From NCBI GenBank assembly GCA_002418055.1, contig DIDI01000037.1, forward strand, positions 51,189 through 115,188: DNA of 64,000 nucleotides. The letters run 5' to 3'. Source of the DNA: Lactobacillus sp. UBA5804. GTDB taxonomy: Bacteria > Bacillota > Bacilli > Lactobacillales > Lactobacillaceae. The translations under genes and the position numbers were made by a program. Under the pieces are notes generated by a model. That model made no database searches. It had not been told where the DNA came from and saw only the letters and a list, made by a program, of their open reading frames with translations. Positions 29,286-41,428 of the stretch are shown here, piece after piece. Numbering within the stretch: position 1 is the first letter of the stretch; each line of letters starts with the position of its first letter.

Positions 29286-29474
29286 ATGAATCAAACAGAT
29301 CTGTCGGATGCAATTATTAATTTTGAGGTGAAACAGCACCTCACAGATACCGATTTAGCCTTTGCCAGTCACCTTTCCGTAGAGAAAATTCATGCGATGA
29401 AGATTCAACGTGGTGATTTCACAGATGATGAAATTAATCAGCTCTATGACTACTTGTCAGCTAACAGCAAATAG
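29286..29474 (+). CDS. Small conserved HTH-like protein of lactobacilli
   Basis: AAGGAG RBS, 62 aa, LTDTDLAFASHLSVEKIH, followed by a terminator. Confidence 0.7.
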   Translation: MNQTDLSDAIINFEVKQHLTDTDLAFASHLSVEKIHAMKIQRGDFTDDEINQLYDYLSANSK

Positions 29475-29490
29475 CTAACTGAACACTTAT

Positions 29491-29534
29491 AGTAAAAAAG
29501 CCTAGTATTTAAAAGAATACTAGGCTTTTTTACT
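29491..29534. terminator. Bidirectional terminator
   Basis: AGTAAAAAAGCCTAGTATT-loop-AATACTAGGCTTTTTTACT. Confidence 0.88.
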
Positions 29535-29760
29535 TTTGTGAATGCTACTAGCATGTTTCACACTGCCATTTTTTTGATACTTACTTTAAATAATAGGCTT
29601 AATCCTTGATATTAAAGGCATTTGGACAAATAATCAGTAATTAAGCTAGTAGTGCATAACTGCAATGGCTATATCAGTAAGCCTTTTCTTTGCTGCTAAC
29701 AATGTATTCTTACCGAGTGGCTAATAAAGCTATTGTTGAAAAATGATCCTAGCATTTGTT

Positions 29761-31002
29761 TCACTTGATTGGCGCTTCAGCTAAACGACTCACAATTCTA
29801 ACCAAGACATCAACCGCTAAATACATCGATTCTAAAACGGTATATTCATAGCGGCCATGCATATTTTCTTCTCCCGCAAAGAGATTTGGACATGGTAATC
29901 CCATATAAGTTAATTGTGAGCCATCCGTTCCCCCGCGAACTGGATCCTCATTAATCTTGAGGCCAAGATCACGATAAGCAGCTCTGGCCAAGTCTACAAT
30001 TTCTGGATGTTGCTTGAGTTCGTCAGCCATATTATAATATTGGTCATGCATTTTTAAGCTAATCCGAGATGTTCCTAAAGTAGCATTTAAACGATCGACG
30101 ATATCACGTATCATCTGTTTACGTGTCTCAAGTCCGTCCCGTTCAAAGTCCCGAATAATGTATTCTAATTGCGCATGATCAACCGTTCCGGATAAGTGGC
30201 ACAAATGGAAAAAGCCTTCCTTACCGGAAGTTTGCTCTGGTACTTCCTTTGCCGGTAAGCTATTTTGGAAATCACGCGCAATCTTGAGGGCACTAACCAT
30301 TTGTCCCTTGGCAACTGCCGGATGAACATCAACTCCTTGAATGCTCAGTTCAAACTGAGCCGCTGAGAAGGTTCCCCAATCTAGCTTTCCGGGCTTTTCA
30401 CCATCAACCGTAAAGGCAAAAGCAGCGCCAAAGTCGGCCACATCAAAATGGCTCGCGCCTGTGCCAATTTCTTCATCAGGCGTAAAGGCTAAGCGGATTC
30501 GGCCATGCTTTATCTCAGGATGAGCCAAGAGATATTCTGCCAGTGTGACTAGCTCACTCACTCCGCACTTGTCATCGCCACCAAGCAGCGTATCGCCAGA
30601 AGCACTGATAATTGTTTGCCCCTGATAGTCATGTAGATGGGGAAAGATGGCTGGATCAAGGTAAAAATCACTGTCCCCTAACTGGATTTTAGATTGACCA
30701 TCATAGTTCTTGGTAATTTGCGGCCGAATATTTTCAGAATTGAAATCAGCCGTATCACAGTGGGCTAAGAAGCCAATGACTGGAACGATAGTGGTCGTAG
30801 TTGCTGGAATTTCTGCAATGACCGCACCAGCCTGCTGGTTGTAGTGCACGTCACTTAGACCTAAGTCGACCAAATCTTGCATCACTACTTTTTGAAAATC
30901 CACTTCCCGTTGAGTGGATGGGAAACACGTCGCATGCTCATCTGAACGTGAATTGATTTTAACGTATTTTAAAAATCGCGGTAATAAAGTTGGGTATTCC
31001 AT
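29761..31002 (-). CDS. pepT: Peptidase T (M20B tripeptidase)
   Basis: AHCDTAD, GGDDK, FTPDEEIG, RGGTDG, NMHGRYE. Confidence 0.96.
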   Translation of the reverse strand: MEYPTLLPRFLKYVKINSRSDEHATCFPSTQREVDFQKVVMQDLVDLGLSDVHYNQQAGAVIAEIPATTTTIVPVIGFLAHCDTADFNSENIRPQITKNYDGQSKIQLGDSDFYLDPAIFPHLHDYQGQTIISASGDTLLGGDDKCGVSELVTLAEYLLAHPEIKHGRIRLAFTPDEEIGTGASHFDVADFGAAFAFTVDGEKPGKLDWGTFSAAQFELSIQGVDVHPAVAKGQMVSALKIARDFQNSLPAKEVPEQTSGKEGFFHLCHLSGTVDHAQLEYIIRDFERDGLETRKQMIRDIVDRLNATLGTSRISLKMHDQYYNMADELKQHPEIVDLARAAYRDLGLKINEDPVRGGTDGSQLTYMGLPCPNLFAGEENMHGRYEYTVLESMYLAVDVLVRIVSRLAEAPIK

Positions 31003-31014
31003 ATAAACTCCTTG

Positions 31015-31812
31015 TTAAAACAAATCTTGAAAAGGATTGGTTGAGACGTTTGAATAGTAGCAAGTGATGGGCCAATGTTGCTGTTCACGCCATGTTTCTA
31101 ATAACTTGAACACCTGATATTTGAATAACTTCTCCGTATAATGGCCGGGATCGACCACTGCTAGCCCCGCTGAAATAATATCATGACCAACATGATAATA
31201 GATATCACCGGTAACAAAGGCGTCTAAGTGAGCCTTAACTGCCTCCTGCCAGTACTTACCACCATCACCACAGATAAATCCAATCCGGCGAACGGGCTGG
31301 TCATTATTGGCAGTAATCAACCGGGCCATCTTAATATGCATCTGCTTCTTAACATAATAAGCAAACTCCAGTGCACTCATAGTTTGCGGCAACTCTCCTT
31401 GCCTACCAATCGCAATCCCATCTGTATCAGGCATAAATGGGGTCACATGCTTTAAGCCTAATTCCTCGGCTTGCCAATCACTAGAACCACCCGTTGCCTT
31501 GTCACAATTGGTATGAATGGCATAGACCGTAATATGATGGGCGATAATTTGACCATACATCGCATTCTGAGGATTAGAAAAATCTAAATTACTGGTAGGG
31601 CGAAACATGGCCGGGTGATGGCTGACAATTAAATCAACCCCTAGCTTAATAGCTTCATCCACCACGTTAGGTCGCACATCTAAAGTGGTCATCACCTTCG
31701 TGACGGGAGCCATTAGCGAGCCAATTTGCAACCCAACTGGGTCACCTTCGCTTGCTAAATTTTCTGGAAAACGACGACGTAATTGGGTGACAACGTCTTT
31801 AACTGTGATCAT
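31015..31812 (-). CDS. Nif3-like dinuclear metal centre protein
   Basis: GLQIG, SHHP, HTNCD, TGDIYYH, DPGHYTE. Confidence 0.92.
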   Translation of the reverse strand: MITVKDVVTQLRRRFPENLASEGDPVGLQIGSLMAPVTKVMTTLDVRPNVVDEAIKLGVDLIVSHHPAMFRPTSNLDFSNPQNAMYGQIIAHHITVYAIHTNCDKATGGSSDWQAEELGLKHVTPFMPDTDGIAIGRQGELPQTMSALEFAYYVKKQMHIKMARLITANNDQPVRRIGFICGDGGKYWQEAVKAHLDAFVTGDIYYHVGHDIISAGLAVVDPGHYTEKLFKYQVFKLLETWREQQHWPITCYYSNVSTNPFQDLF

Positions 31813-32491
31813 CGCTTAAAATCTCCTTAATTAACTTTTGTTCTGCCACAACCTGCTTGATTAAATGGGTATCAGGTTTTTTAGCACGCTGTAGATTGGT
31901 CAGTAATTTAGCTAAATAAGCCGCCCGATCTATCCATTTTTTCTGAAAAATGCGGCCACGCTGCTTTAAAATATAGGGACCAAACAACAACTCCGACTCA
32001 GTTAACGCAAATCTCGCTGTTCCGAGTTTAGCCTTGATCAGTTCATAACTGTGCCCAGCCTCAGTCAAGAGCTTTTCAGCGACAATTTGATAGTGATGGT
32101 CCATTAACCAGTGACGCACAATTGGTTCACCAACGTTAGGTGCTAAGACCAGCGTGGGTAATAACAAACCGTTTTCAGCCCCGGCTTGTAAAATTTCAGT
32201 AATCAGTCGACCACCCATACCCGCAATGACTGCGGTATTAATGCGATCAGTTGGTAAAATAGTTGCCAGCCCTGAACCTAATCGCGTCTTAATCTGGTTT
32301 TCCAGACCAGCCGCTTGAATATCAGCTTGAGCATTGGCGAGGGGGCCTTTGCCAACATCGCTCGCAATAACAAAATTAGCTCGTTGCTGTTTAAATAGCG
32401 CAATCGGTAAATAAGCATGATCAGTCCCAATATCGGCCACTCGTGCCCCAGAATCCACCAGTTCTACTAGTGCTTGTAATCTTAAATTCAT
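31799..32491 (-). CDS. trmK: tRNA m1A22 methyltransferase
   Basis: ADIGTDHAYLP, IAGMGG. Confidence 0.93.
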   Translation of the reverse strand: MNLRLQALVELVDSGARVADIGTDHAYLPIALFKQQRANFVIASDVGKGPLANAQADIQAAGLENQIKTRLGSGLATILPTDRINTAVIAGMGGRLITEILQAGAENGLLLPTLVLAPNVGEPIVRHWLMDHHYQIVAEKLLTEAGHSYELIKAKLGTARFALTESELLFGPYILKQRGRIFQKKWIDRAAYLAKLLTNLQRAKKPDTHLIKQVVAEQKLIKEILSDDHS

Positions 32492-32576
32492 AACATCCTC
32501 GCTTTATCTATGCTGGTAGCTACTCATCTGCTATACTCAATATCATAATCCTCTAATTGAAAGCAGGCAGCAAAAA

Positions 32577-33017
32577 ATGGACCGACATCAAAAAGTGACT
32601 TTAACCAATATGTGTATGTTACAGGTTGGCGACCAAGTCTTAACTTTAAACCGCACCGACCCAGTTTGGCCAGGAGTGACCTTCCCAGGTGGGCATGTTG
32701 ATCCGGGTGAATCAATCCATGATTCTGTTGTCCGGGAAATGCAAGAAGAAACTGGATTGACAATCAGTGATCCACAATTGGTAGGTATTAAAGAGTTCAA
32801 CGATGCTGAAGATTGTCGTTATCTAGTCTTCTTTTATGTTGCCCACCATTATACTGGCAAGCTGCAAGCATCTGCTGAAGGCAATTTAGCCTGGAAACCT
32901 TTAGCAACCCTTGACCAGCAAGTACTTGCTTCCGATTTCGAAAATGATTTGCCAATTTTTACCAATCCGCAGCTCAGCGAACATTTTTGGTGGCATGGTC
33001 ACAATCAAACAGTTTAA
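32577..33017 (+). CDS. NUDIX hydrolase (MutT-like)
   Basis: Nudix box PGGHVDPGESIHDSVVREMQEETGL. Confidence 0.9.
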   Translation: MDRHQKVTLTNMCMLQVGDQVLTLNRTDPVWPGVTFPGGHVDPGESIHDSVVREMQEETGLTISDPQLVGIKEFNDAEDCRYLVFFYVAHHYTGKLQASAEGNLAWKPLATLDQQVLASDFENDLPIFTNPQLSEHFWWHGHNQTV

Positions 33018-33023
33018 GTCTTG

Positions 33024-33064
33024 AAAAAAATAACCTTTACAGCCAGTGCTGCAGAGGTTATTTT
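33024..33064. terminator. Bidirectional terminator between NUDIX and rpoD
   Basis: AAAAATAACCTTTACAGC-loop-GCTGCAGAGGTTATTTTT. Confidence 0.8.
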
Positions 33065-33066
33065 AA

Positions 33067-34203
33067 TTAATCTAAAAAGTCACGCAATTGATTAGAACGA
33101 CTTGGATGACGCAACTTTCGTAAAGCCTTAGCTTCAATTTGTCGAATACGCTCACGGGTAACCCCGAATACTCGACCGACTTCTTCTAAGGTACGGGTAC
33201 GACCATCATCAAGTCCAAACCGTAACCGCAACACATTCTCTTCACGATCAGTTAACGTGTCAAGAACTTCCTCTAATTGTTCTTTCAGCATTTCATAGGA
33301 TGCATGTTGCTCAGGACTAGTGGCTTCCTTATCTTCAATAAAGTCACCTAGGTGCGAGTCGTCCTCTTCACCAATTGGCGTTTCGAGCGAAACTGGTTCT
33401 TGGGCGATTTTTAAGATGTCACGCACCTTGTTCGTCGGCATATCCATTTCGGCCCCAATTTCTTCAGGAGTTGGTTCACGACCTAAGTCCTGTAGTAATT
33501 GACGCTGAATCCGGATTAATTTATTGATGGTTTCAACCATATGAACTGGAATTCGAATTGTCCGAGCTTGATCGGCAATCGCACGGGTAATCGCTTGCCG
33601 AATCCACCAAGTAGCATAAGTTGAGAACTTAAAGCCTAAGCGATAATCAAACTTATCAACGGCTTTCATCAAGCCCATATTGCCTTCTTGAATGAGGTCT
33701 AGGAACGACATCCCTCGGCCCACATAACGTTTAGCAATCGAAACAACGAGTCGTAAATTGGCTTCAGCCAATTCTTGTTTAGCTTCTTCTTCCCCAACTT
33801 CAATTCGCTTAGCGAGTGCAATCTCTTGCTCTGCATTAAGCAGCGGCACACGACCAATCTCTTTCAAGTACATCCGCACAGGATCACTCATCCGAACACT
33901 AGATGGCGCAGCCATGTCGCGTAGTTCCGCCTTTTCAACGTCTTTTTGTTTCTTTAAGGCTAACTTCGAAGGCTCGCCTTTTTTGTCAACGATACTAATA
34001 CCGCTGTCTTCAAATTCTTGGACAAGTTGATCAACTGCTTTACCTTCAAGTTGATACGGCTTAACCAGGCGCTCTGTAAAGTCGGTCTCTTCAATTGACT
34101 TCGTTTTGACCAACTCTTTGACAATCTTCTTGACCATCTTATCCAAAGACAATTCCGGCATTTTTGCAGTCTTTGTAGTTTTTACAGTCTTTTTCTCTGC
34201 CAC
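33067..34203 (-). CDS. rpoD: RNA polymerase primary sigma factor
   Basis: [45 protein letters not shown]. Confidence 0.99.
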   Translation of the reverse strand: MAEKKTVKTTKTAKMPELSLDKMVKKIVKELVKTKSIEETDFTERLVKPYQLEGKAVDQLVQEFEDSGISIVDKKGEPSKLALKKQKDVEKAELRDMAAPSSVRMSDPVRMYLKEIGRVPLLNAEQEIALAKRIEVGEEEAKQELAEANLRLVVSIAKRYVGRGMSFLDLIQEGNMGLMKAVDKFDYRLGFKFSTYATWWIRQAITRAIADQARTIRIPVHMVETINKLIRIQRQLLQDLGREPTPEEIGAEMDMPTNKVRDILKIAQEPVSLETPIGEEDDSHLGDFIEDKEATSPEQHASYEMLKEQLEEVLDTLTDREENVLRLRFGLDDGRTRTLEEVGRVFGVTRERIRQIEAKALRKLRHPSRSNQLRDFLD

Positions 34204-34215
34204 TAGAAAGCCCCC

Positions 34216-36003
34216 TTATCCTTGGAGTCGTTTTAACTCCAAGATTCTATTTGTAATCTTAACCATCGCTTCCACGTCCTGTTGACTTTTAGCTTCAGCC
34301 AGTGCTTGCAATTGTTGCTCAATCTCATGGGTCACTTTTCTGATTGCTAGGGCGTGAATTTGTTCGTCAAGCTCTTTCTCTGAGAAGTCGGCTAGCATAC
34401 CAGCCATCTCAACATTTACTATTATACCTTGAAGTTCACTGGGAATAAAATCAATGAACCCGTTAGTCGTCGGATTTTCATGGTTTTCACTATAATTAAG
34501 CCACAATTCCTCAATTCTAGCATATTCAGCCGATGGAAACAAAAAATTCTGTTTCATCAAATAATCACGGGCTTGATCAGAATGCATAAATAAGTAAAGT
34601 AACCGATCTTGAACGGAATCTGTCTTAATGGTGGCCTGCCCTTCAAGTGGTATTTCTACTGATGGTTGGGCTGCGATGTGCTGCTGACTCCGTTTCGTTT
34701 TGCGTCTTTGGTGCAATAAACTGGCCTTGAGTGACTCACGGCTAACGCCTAATTGTTGTGCCAATTTGTCCACGTATAAATCTTGCTCAACCGGATTAGT
34801 CAGCTGGGCGACACCTGCTAATGCTTCATCGACATACATCAGCTTTTCACGATTATTATCTAGATTGTACTTTTGTTTAAGCTGACGCAGGAAAAAGTCT
34901 GTCGGGGTCAAGGCACCCTGAATTTGTAAGAGATACTTTTGTGGGCCATACTTTTGAACAAATTCATCAGGATCAAGTTTCTCTGGTAGGACGACAATCC
35001 CAATATTAAAGCCACCCGCTTGATTAAACATTTTAACCGCTCGTTCTTCAGCGTGAACGCCAGGATCGTCGCCATCATAATTAATGATAATGTTAGGCGT
35101 CACGCGGCGTAAGAGATACACTTGATTATCAGTTAGACTAGTCCCCATTGAAGCAATCCCAGCCTTCACACCAGCTTTATAACCGGCAATCACATCCATA
35201 TAGCCTTCGTAGAGGACCAAATGATTCTCGGTCTTCGCTGCTTGGCGTGCTTCTGAAAAGTGGAACAGAACCTTAGACTTACTGAACAGCTCGGTTTCAG
35301 GACTATTCATATACTTTGCTTCAGTCTTATCGGCGCTCAACCGGCGACCAGAAAAGCCAATAATTTGCCCACTTTCATTAGCTAACGGAAACATTAACCG
35401 ATCACGAAACCGATCAAATAGCTTGCCAGCTTGGCTCTCAACAAACAAGCCACTCTTAGCTAACAATTCTTCTGAAAAGTTTTGCCCCGTTAAGTAGCTT
35501 AACAAAATCTGTTCACCCTTAGGCGCATAGCCAATTTGAAAGTGATCAATAATCTCTTCCGATAATGCGCGAGATTTGGCATAAGCTAAACCACGCTGAC
35601 CCACTTTCGTCGTGAGTAATACCCGGTGGTAAAAGTCGGCCGCAGCCTGTTGTACCTGCATTAACGGATTTAGAACTCGTGTCGTTTCACCATAGCCAGC
35701 TGGCATTGGAATATGAGCAAAATTTGCCACTCGACTGACACTCTCAGGAAAAGTGAGTTTTTCTTGTTCCATTAGGAACTTAAAGACATTCCCGCCTTTA
35801 CCACAACCGAAACATTTGAAGAATTGTTTCTCTTCATTAACAGTAAAGGATGGGGTCTTCTCTTGATGAAAAGGGCAAAGACCTAGGTAGTCTTTGCCTT
35901 TCTTCTCAAGTGCCACATACTGGCTGATAATGTCCACGATATTAACATTGCGTCGAACTTCGTTAATGAATTCTTCAGGAATTCGTCCAGTCAAAGCAAT
36001 CAC
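34216..36003 (-). CDS. dnaG: DNA primase
   Basis: Zn finger CPFH...CFGC, KYMNSPET, EGYMDV, YDGDDPG (TOPRIM). Confidence 0.98.
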   Translation of the reverse strand: MIALTGRIPEEFINEVRRNVNIVDIISQYVALEKKGKDYLGLCPFHQEKTPSFTVNEEKQFFKCFGCGKGGNVFKFLMEQEKLTFPESVSRVANFAHIPMPAGYGETTRVLNPLMQVQQAAADFYHRVLLTTKVGQRGLAYAKSRALSEEIIDHFQIGYAPKGEQILLSYLTGQNFSEELLAKSGLFVESQAGKLFDRFRDRLMFPLANESGQIIGFSGRRLSADKTEAKYMNSPETELFSKSKVLFHFSEARQAAKTENHLVLYEGYMDVIAGYKAGVKAGIASMGTSLTDNQVYLLRRVTPNIIINYDGDDPGVHAEERAVKMFNQAGGFNIGIVVLPEKLDPDEFVQKYGPQKYLLQIQGALTPTDFFLRQLKQKYNLDNNREKLMYVDEALAGVAQLTNPVEQDLYVDKLAQQLGVSRESLKASLLHQRRKTKRSQQHIAAQPSVEIPLEGQATIKTDSVQDRLLYLFMHSDQARDYLMKQNFLFPSAEYARIEELWLNYSENHENPTTNGFIDFIPSELQGIIVNVEMAGMLADFSEKELDEQIHALAIRKVTHEIEQQLQALAEAKSQQDVEAMVKITNRILELKRLQG

Positions 36004-36008
36004 CTATT

Positions 36009-38075
36009 TCATTTAATGACTAATTCACTTAGGTTACCAAGTTGTGAGGCCAAATCGCTAATTTGTTGTAATTGCCGTAAGCGGTTTGTTTGAACTGCGG
36101 GGTCATCTGCCAAGATCATATTTTCATTGAAGTAAGCATCAATGACTGGTTGCAAAGCAACAAATCCGTCATACAAAGCTGGCAGTGATGTGCTAGTAGC
36201 TAGTTTAGCAGTATCAGCAGCTAACACTGGTTCTGTCTCCCCAGTAAACAAATTAGCTGCGACCGGACCGTTAGCGTTAAACTTGGCCTTTTGTAAGATA
36301 TTATTAATCCGTGTTAAGCTTTCTACCACAGGTCTAAAGGCCGCATCATCGTGATGCGCTGAAAGCACATCAGCTGCTACTAAAATTTGACGTGGATCCT
36401 GTTGGCTAGAAGCTAAAACAGCACTAATAATATCATATCTAACCTTATTTTTTTGCATATATTGCTTGATACGATCACGAATGAAGTCTTCAATCGCTTG
36501 GTCAGCTGCTTCGGTTTTTGGTAATTTAGCAGGCGTTTGGCCATCAATTGCCGCAATCAACTCCGGTAAGACTTCGTTAACTGGCAATGACCATTTTTGA
36601 CTTAATAAAATTCGGACAATCCCATAAGAATAGCGACGCAGTGCATAAGGATCATTCGAAGAGCTAGGAATCATGCCGGCACCAAAGAAAGTAATAATAG
36701 TATCTAATTTATCAGCAACTGAAAGTAGCGCACCAACCACCGTCTCTGGCAAGTCACCTTCTGCTGTATTTGGCAGATAGTGCTCACGAATGGCGACACT
36801 AACCGCCTCATTTTCACCAGCTAATCTTGCATAATGCATGCCCATTACGCCTTGAAGTTCCGCAAACTCACCAACCATTTGCGTCACTAAATCGAACTTA
36901 TAGAGCGCACTTGCGCGATCAAAGTCTTGCAAAGTAGTACTGGATAACTGCCAGCGTTTAGCCAAGCAATGTCCGATTGTACGTACTCGGCGCATCTTTT
37001 CTGCCATTGAGCCAATCTTATCATGGAAAGAAACGTTATTCAGACGATCCACAAAATGACTCAGCGGATATTTCCGGTCCTCATCATAGAAAAATTGCGC
37101 ATCATCTAACCGTGCTACCAAAACTTTTTCATTGCCGCTAACGACATTGCTAAGGTAGGTCGCATTCCCATTGCGGACTGCGATGAAGTGATTTAACAGC
37201 TTGCCAGTTTGATCATAAACCTCAAAGTAGCGTTGATTATCCTTCATTGAAGTGATGAGCACTTCTTTGGGAATACCCAGATACTTTTCATCAAATGAGC
37301 CTGCAAAAACAGTTGGATATTCAACGAGATTGGTAACTTCTTCTAGTAAACTTGGGTCCAATTTAATGGTCCAGTGATGTTTAGCCGCCAAGGCCTCAAT
37401 CTGCTGCGTAATCAAATTTTTACGCTCATTTGCGTTTACCAAGACAAACTGATTCTTCAGTGCATCTTCATAATCGTCGGCCTTTGCTAGTACCACGGAA
37501 TCACCTAAGAAGCGATGGCCTTCAGTCTTCCGACCAGCGACAACATCAAGAATTTTAACCGGCACCACTTCATTACCATAAAGTGACACCAGCCAGTGAA
37601 TCGGCCGCACAAATTCAAATTCATGGCTATCCCAACGCATTTTAGTTGGGAAAGTCATTGCCTTCATGATCTCGCTCATTCCTAATAAGATATCACTGGT
37701 TTGGCGTCCCACTTGATGAACATGGACATAGGCATATTTGGTTCCCTTAAGGGTATCAAAATAAATGTCATCAGTCGTCATTCCTTGACCACGAGCAAAT
37801 CCCTGAGCTGCCTTAGTCCAATTACCAGCATCATCTTTGGCGATACGTTCAGCTGGACCCTTTTTCACTTCATCAATATCAGCTTGCTTGTCGGCCAAAG
37901 CTTCAACTAAAACCGCTAACCGCCGCGGGGTTGAAAAGGTCTTGATGTTCTTAAAGCTAAGTGCGCTCGCTTTTAGGAACTTGCTAGTTCGGTCAGCTAA
38001 TTGTTGCACACTCTTAGTGACCACGTGAGCTGGCATCTCTTCAGTACCAATTTCAAACAAATAATTTTTAGTCAT
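36009..38075 (-). CDS. glyS: Glycyl-tRNA synthetase beta subunit
   Basis: [36 protein letters not shown]. Confidence 0.98.
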   Translation of the reverse strand: MTKNYLFEIGTEEMPAHVVTKSVQQLADRTSKFLKASALSFKNIKTFSTPRRLAVLVEALADKQADIDEVKKGPAERIAKDDAGNWTKAAQGFARGQGMTTDDIYFDTLKGTKYAYVHVHQVGRQTSDILLGMSEIMKAMTFPTKMRWDSHEFEFVRPIHWLVSLYGNEVVPVKILDVVAGRKTEGHRFLGDSVVLAKADDYEDALKNQFVLVNANERKNLITQQIEALAAKHHWTIKLDPSLLEEVTNLVEYPTVFAGSFDEKYLGIPKEVLITSMKDNQRYFEVYDQTGKLLNHFIAVRNGNATYLSNVVSGNEKVLVARLDDAQFFYDEDRKYPLSHFVDRLNNVSFHDKIGSMAEKMRRVRTIGHCLAKRWQLSSTTLQDFDRASALYKFDLVTQMVGEFAELQGVMGMHYARLAGENEAVSVAIREHYLPNTAEGDLPETVVGALLSVADKLDTIITFFGAGMIPSSSNDPYALRRYSYGIVRILLSQKWSLPVNEVLPELIAAIDGQTPAKLPKTEAADQAIEDFIRDRIKQYMQKNKVRYDIISAVLASSQQDPRQILVAADVLSAHHDDAAFRPVVESLTRINNILQKAKFNANGPVAANLFTGETEPVLAADTAKLATSTSLPALYDGFVALQPVIDAYFNENMILADDPAVQTNRLRQLQQISDLASQLGNLSELVIK

Positions 38076-38985
38076 GTTCTAGGCCTGCCTTCTTTTCTTC
38101 CGCACTCTTAAGTAACGGGAAGCCGCGCTTCTCACGTTCTTCCACAAACGCTACTGCAACCTCATGCGCCATCGTTCTGATACGTGCCAAGTAACCAGCA
38201 CGCTCCGTTACCGAAACTGCCCCGCGAGCATCTAGCAAATTAAAGGTGTGGGAACACTTCAAAATATAGTCATATGCAGGATGGACAAGATGTTGACTTA
38301 ATAACCGCTTAGCCGTTTTCTCATAAATATCAAAGAAAGATAAAAGTTGGGCTTGATCTGACATTTCAAAAGCATACTTAGAATGTTCATACTCAGGTTG
38401 CTTAAAGATGTCCCGATACAAGACCCCATTCCCCCATTCCAAGTCAAAGACTGAATTGACATCTTGAATATATGAAGCAAGTCGTTCAACCCCATAAGTG
38501 ATTTCTGACATCGTCGGTTTCACGGCAAGTTCACCGACGGTTTGGAAGTAGGTAAACTGACTAACTTCCATGCCATCAAGCCAGACTTCCCAACCAACAC
38601 CGGCACAACCCATCGAAGGGTTTTCCCAATTGTCTTCTACGAACCGGATATCATGTTCCAGCGGATTAATTCCTAAAATCTCTAAGGAATCTAAATAATA
38701 TTGTTGAATATCCTTAGGTGCTGGCTTAATCACAACTTGAAATTGGTGGTGTTGGAACAAGCGGTTGGGATTATCACCATAACGACCATCAGCCGGACGT
38801 CTTGATGGCTCAACATAACAAGCAGCCCAAGGTTCAGGACCGACGGCGCGTAAAAAGGTATAAGGACTCATTGTTCCCGCACCCTTTTCGACATCATATG
38901 ATGGCATAATCATGCAACCTTTAGAAGACCAAAACTGCTCTAGTTTGAAAATCATGCTCTGAATATTTAATTTTTTGGCGACCAT
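38068..38985 (-). CDS. glyQ: Glycyl-tRNA synthetase alpha subunit
   Basis: [32 protein letters not shown]; start set at ATG 38985 behind GGAGG. Confidence 0.98.
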   Translation of the reverse strand: MVAKKLNIQSMIFKLEQFWSSKGCMIMPSYDVEKGAGTMSPYTFLRAVGPEPWAACYVEPSRRPADGRYGDNPNRLFQHHQFQVVIKPAPKDIQQYYLDSLEILGINPLEHDIRFVEDNWENPSMGCAGVGWEVWLDGMEVSQFTYFQTVGELAVKPTMSEITYGVERLASYIQDVNSVFDLEWGNGVLYRDIFKQPEYEHSKYAFEMSDQAQLLSFFDIYEKTAKRLLSQHLVHPAYDYILKCSHTFNLLDARGAVSVTERAGYLARIRTMAHEVAVAFVEEREKRGFPLLKSAEEKKAGLEHD

Positions 38986-39011
38986 TATTTCTTCCTCCTG
39001 CACGAGCCAAT

Positions 39012-39176
39012 AAAAAAAGCCTATGCAAATAACTGCATAGGGACGAATAATCGCGGTTCCACCCTAATTCAGGAAGTATTCTTCCTGCACTTCATTAAAG
39101 CCATAACTAGGGGAGCCTTTTTCTAGATGCCCTCGCACTAACTGACACTCGCTGAACTAGTACTTTTTAATTCCCC
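39012..39176 (-). promoter_or_regulatory. T-box riboswitch, Gly specifier (GGC)
   Basis: Minus strand: stem I ending GAAAAA-GGC-TCCCC (codon at 39115-39117), T-box AGGGTGGAACCGCG, terminator CCTATGCA...TGCATAGG+T-tract. Confidence 0.92.
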
Positions 39177-39239
39177 ATACTCATTAATCACTCATTATTT
39201 TAGCACATCAGTGACGAGATATGAACCTCGCCTCGCTAA

Positions 39240-39998
39240 TCAACCTTGTAAAAGTCGTAGTTCATCAAGGAATTTCTTAGTTTTTAAATTTAAATCGACG
39301 GTTGCCAAATAAATGCGATCAATGGCGTGACGGGTCGTCTGTTTTAACCCTGGGCTAATGGCAACCTTACCTAAACGATTAGTGGGAATCAGCCCCATTG
39401 TTCTGAGCACTGCCGTTGCTTGCGGCGGTAAATGCATTCTACCTGAATCACTTGGTTGATGCTTAGGACACAAAATCCCCCCATACTTAATCGAGTAATC
39501 GAAGGGACCTTGGCGCTGCTGACAAAGGACGCAGTGTGACAATTCCGGTGCCACACCATAAGCTGCTAATAACTTTAGTTGCATAATTTGAGTAATAATT
39601 TCGGGATCAGTACCACGATCGAGTTGGGTCAAAGCCCAAATGGTCAAATCGTAGTAATTAGCTAGTGGCTGATACTCTAAAAACGCATGATCAACTAAGT
39701 CTAAAATATAAGACGCATAAGCATTGACCTGAATATCATGGTATAAATGATCCATTACGGCGACCTGCTTATATGTCCGTAAATTAGCGAGGCCATGACC
39801 GCTCGTAGCCAAAATGAAGCATCCGCGCGAGAAATTGGTGGCAGCACCAGCTAATTTGGATTTAGGGCGCAAAGCGCCTTTGACAATCAGCGAGACAATG
39901 CCGAGCTCTCGCGTCAACATTTTAGCTAATAAGTCTGCTTCTTGATAGTGCCGACTGCGAAAAATAATGCCGTGAACCTCTTTCAGTTCACGGGACAT
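39240..39998 (-). CDS. recO: DNA repair protein RecO
   Basis: N-terminal OB fold (YQEADLL, KGALRPKS), Zn motif CVLC...GGILC; follows era; start at ATG 39998. Confidence 0.93.
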   Translation of the reverse strand: MSRELKEVHGIIFRSRHYQEADLLAKMLTRELGIVSLIVKGALRPKSKLAGAATNFSRGCFILATSGHGLANLRTYKQVAVMDHLYHDIQVNAYASYILDLVDHAFLEYQPLANYYDLTIWALTQLDRGTDPEIITQIMQLKLLAAYGVAPELSHCVLCQQRQGPFDYSIKYGGILCPKHQPSDSGRMHLPPQATAVLRTMGLIPTNRLGKVAISPGLKQTTRHAIDRIYLATVDLNLKTKKFLDELRLLQG

Positions 39999-40900
39999 TA
40001 TGACAATTCCTTTTGATCGTAACCAATTCTCTTCAAGAAAATTGGATCCGATCGCCAATTTCGTTGTACCTTAACCCACAATTTAAGATTGATTTTTTCA
40101 CCTAGTAAAGCTTCAATTTGCTTACGCGCATTGATGCCAATCTGCTTCAGCATACTGGCACCTTTGCCTAAGACAATCCCCTTTTGGCCGGATTTTTCAA
40201 CATAGATTGTTGCCGAGACTTGCAACTTCCCCTGTATCCGTTGATTCATCTGATCAACCGCAACTGCCGTTGCATGAGGAACTTCTTGATCCGTTAAGCG
40301 TAGAATTTGTTCCCGAATCAATTCTGCCACCACAAAATATTCTGGTCGATCCGTCACTTCATCACTGCCATAATACTGTGGTCCTTGAGGTAGGGTTGAC
40401 TTAACCGCTGTTAATAAATCACTGATACCAATGCCCTTAGTTGCTGAAATGGGCAAAATTTCTTGTAGTTTAGCTTGCTGGCGATAATCATCAATCAATG
40501 GCAATAAATCGTCCGGCTTCACCTGGTCAACCTTATTAATGACCAAAAATACTGGCTTGTTAGCCGCCGCAATCTGTTCATAAATGTAACGATTACCATG
40601 TTGCAATTCGTCCGGCTCGATCATAAAGAGGATCAAATCAACATCCTTCAAACTGGCTAGACTAGCATGGTCCATGTAATCATCAAGTTTTGAACGGGGC
40701 TTAAAGATGCCTGGCGTATCAACAAAAATAATCTGACTATCTTCAGCAGTATAAATACCACTAATTTGATTACGAGTCGTTTGCGGTTTATAGGAAGTAA
40801 TCGCGATTTTCTGTCCAACCAAGGTATTCATTAAGGTTGATTTCCCAACATTGGGGCGACCAATTAAAGCAACGAATCCAGATTTATAATTAGTTGTCAT
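39998..40900 (-). CDS. era: GTPase Era
   Basis: [22 protein letters not shown] domain. Confidence 0.98.
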   Translation of the reverse strand: MTTNYKSGFVALIGRPNVGKSTLMNTLVGQKIAITSYKPQTTRNQISGIYTAEDSQIIFVDTPGIFKPRSKLDDYMDHASLASLKDVDLILFMIEPDELQHGNRYIYEQIAAANKPVFLVINKVDQVKPDDLLPLIDDYRQQAKLQEILPISATKGIGISDLLTAVKSTLPQGPQYYGSDEVTDRPEYFVVAELIREQILRLTDQEVPHATAVAVDQMNQRIQGKLQVSATIYVEKSGQKGIVLGKGASMLKQIGINARKQIEALLGEKINLKLWVKVQRNWRSDPIFLKRIGYDQKELS

Positions 40901-41421
40901 TATTTTCCTCGTCCTTCATCTAATTGTTCTGGATATAGTGGTAATCCGTAAGCTTCTAAAACTTTTCCCTGGATACCAAACATTTTCTTCGCATCAGCCG
41001 GTTCAATGTGATCATAACCATTCAAATGCAAGAAACCGTGAACAATGGTATAGCCAAATTCGCGCTCAAAGCCAGTGCCATATTCCACACTGTGACGTTT
41101 AATCACTTCGGGACACATGACTAAGTCGCCTAAATCTTCTTGGAAGTCAGCCTCTTCGATAAAAGCGGCTAAATAGTCATCATCACCATCTTCAATGGCA
41201 AACGAAATGACATCAGTTGGCCGGTTTTTCGACCGGTATTTCAGATTAATAGCCTGACTCTTGTCAGCGGGGACAAAACTAATGCTGAGGGTCTGCGAAT
41301 TAGTCTTTTGAATTGCTTTTTTTGCTAGTATTAATAATTTTAAAATCCATTCTTGCCAATCTGACTTAGACGCGGTCAAAAATCCAACCTCATCTTGATA
41401 ACTCACTTCAATTTGATCCAT
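40900..41421 (-). CDS. ybeY: rRNA maturation endoribonuclease YbeY
   Basis: [18 protein letters not shown]. Confidence 0.96.
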   Translation of the reverse strand: MDQIEVSYQDEVGFLTASKSDWQEWILKLLILAKKAIQKTNSQTLSISFVPADKSQAINLKYRSKNRPTDVISFAIEDGDDDYLAAFIEEADFQEDLGDLVMCPEVIKRHSVEYGTGFEREFGYTIVHGFLHLNGYDHIEPADAKKMFGIQGKVLEAYGLPLYPEQLDEGRGK

Positions 41422-41428
41422 CAGTTAA

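Noticed and set aside
29535-29760. 226-bp AT-rich gap after pepT with imperfect palindrome CCTTGATATTAAAGG
   Set aside because: No ORF, RNA motif or repeat partner that I can support; may be a scar but evidence is too thin
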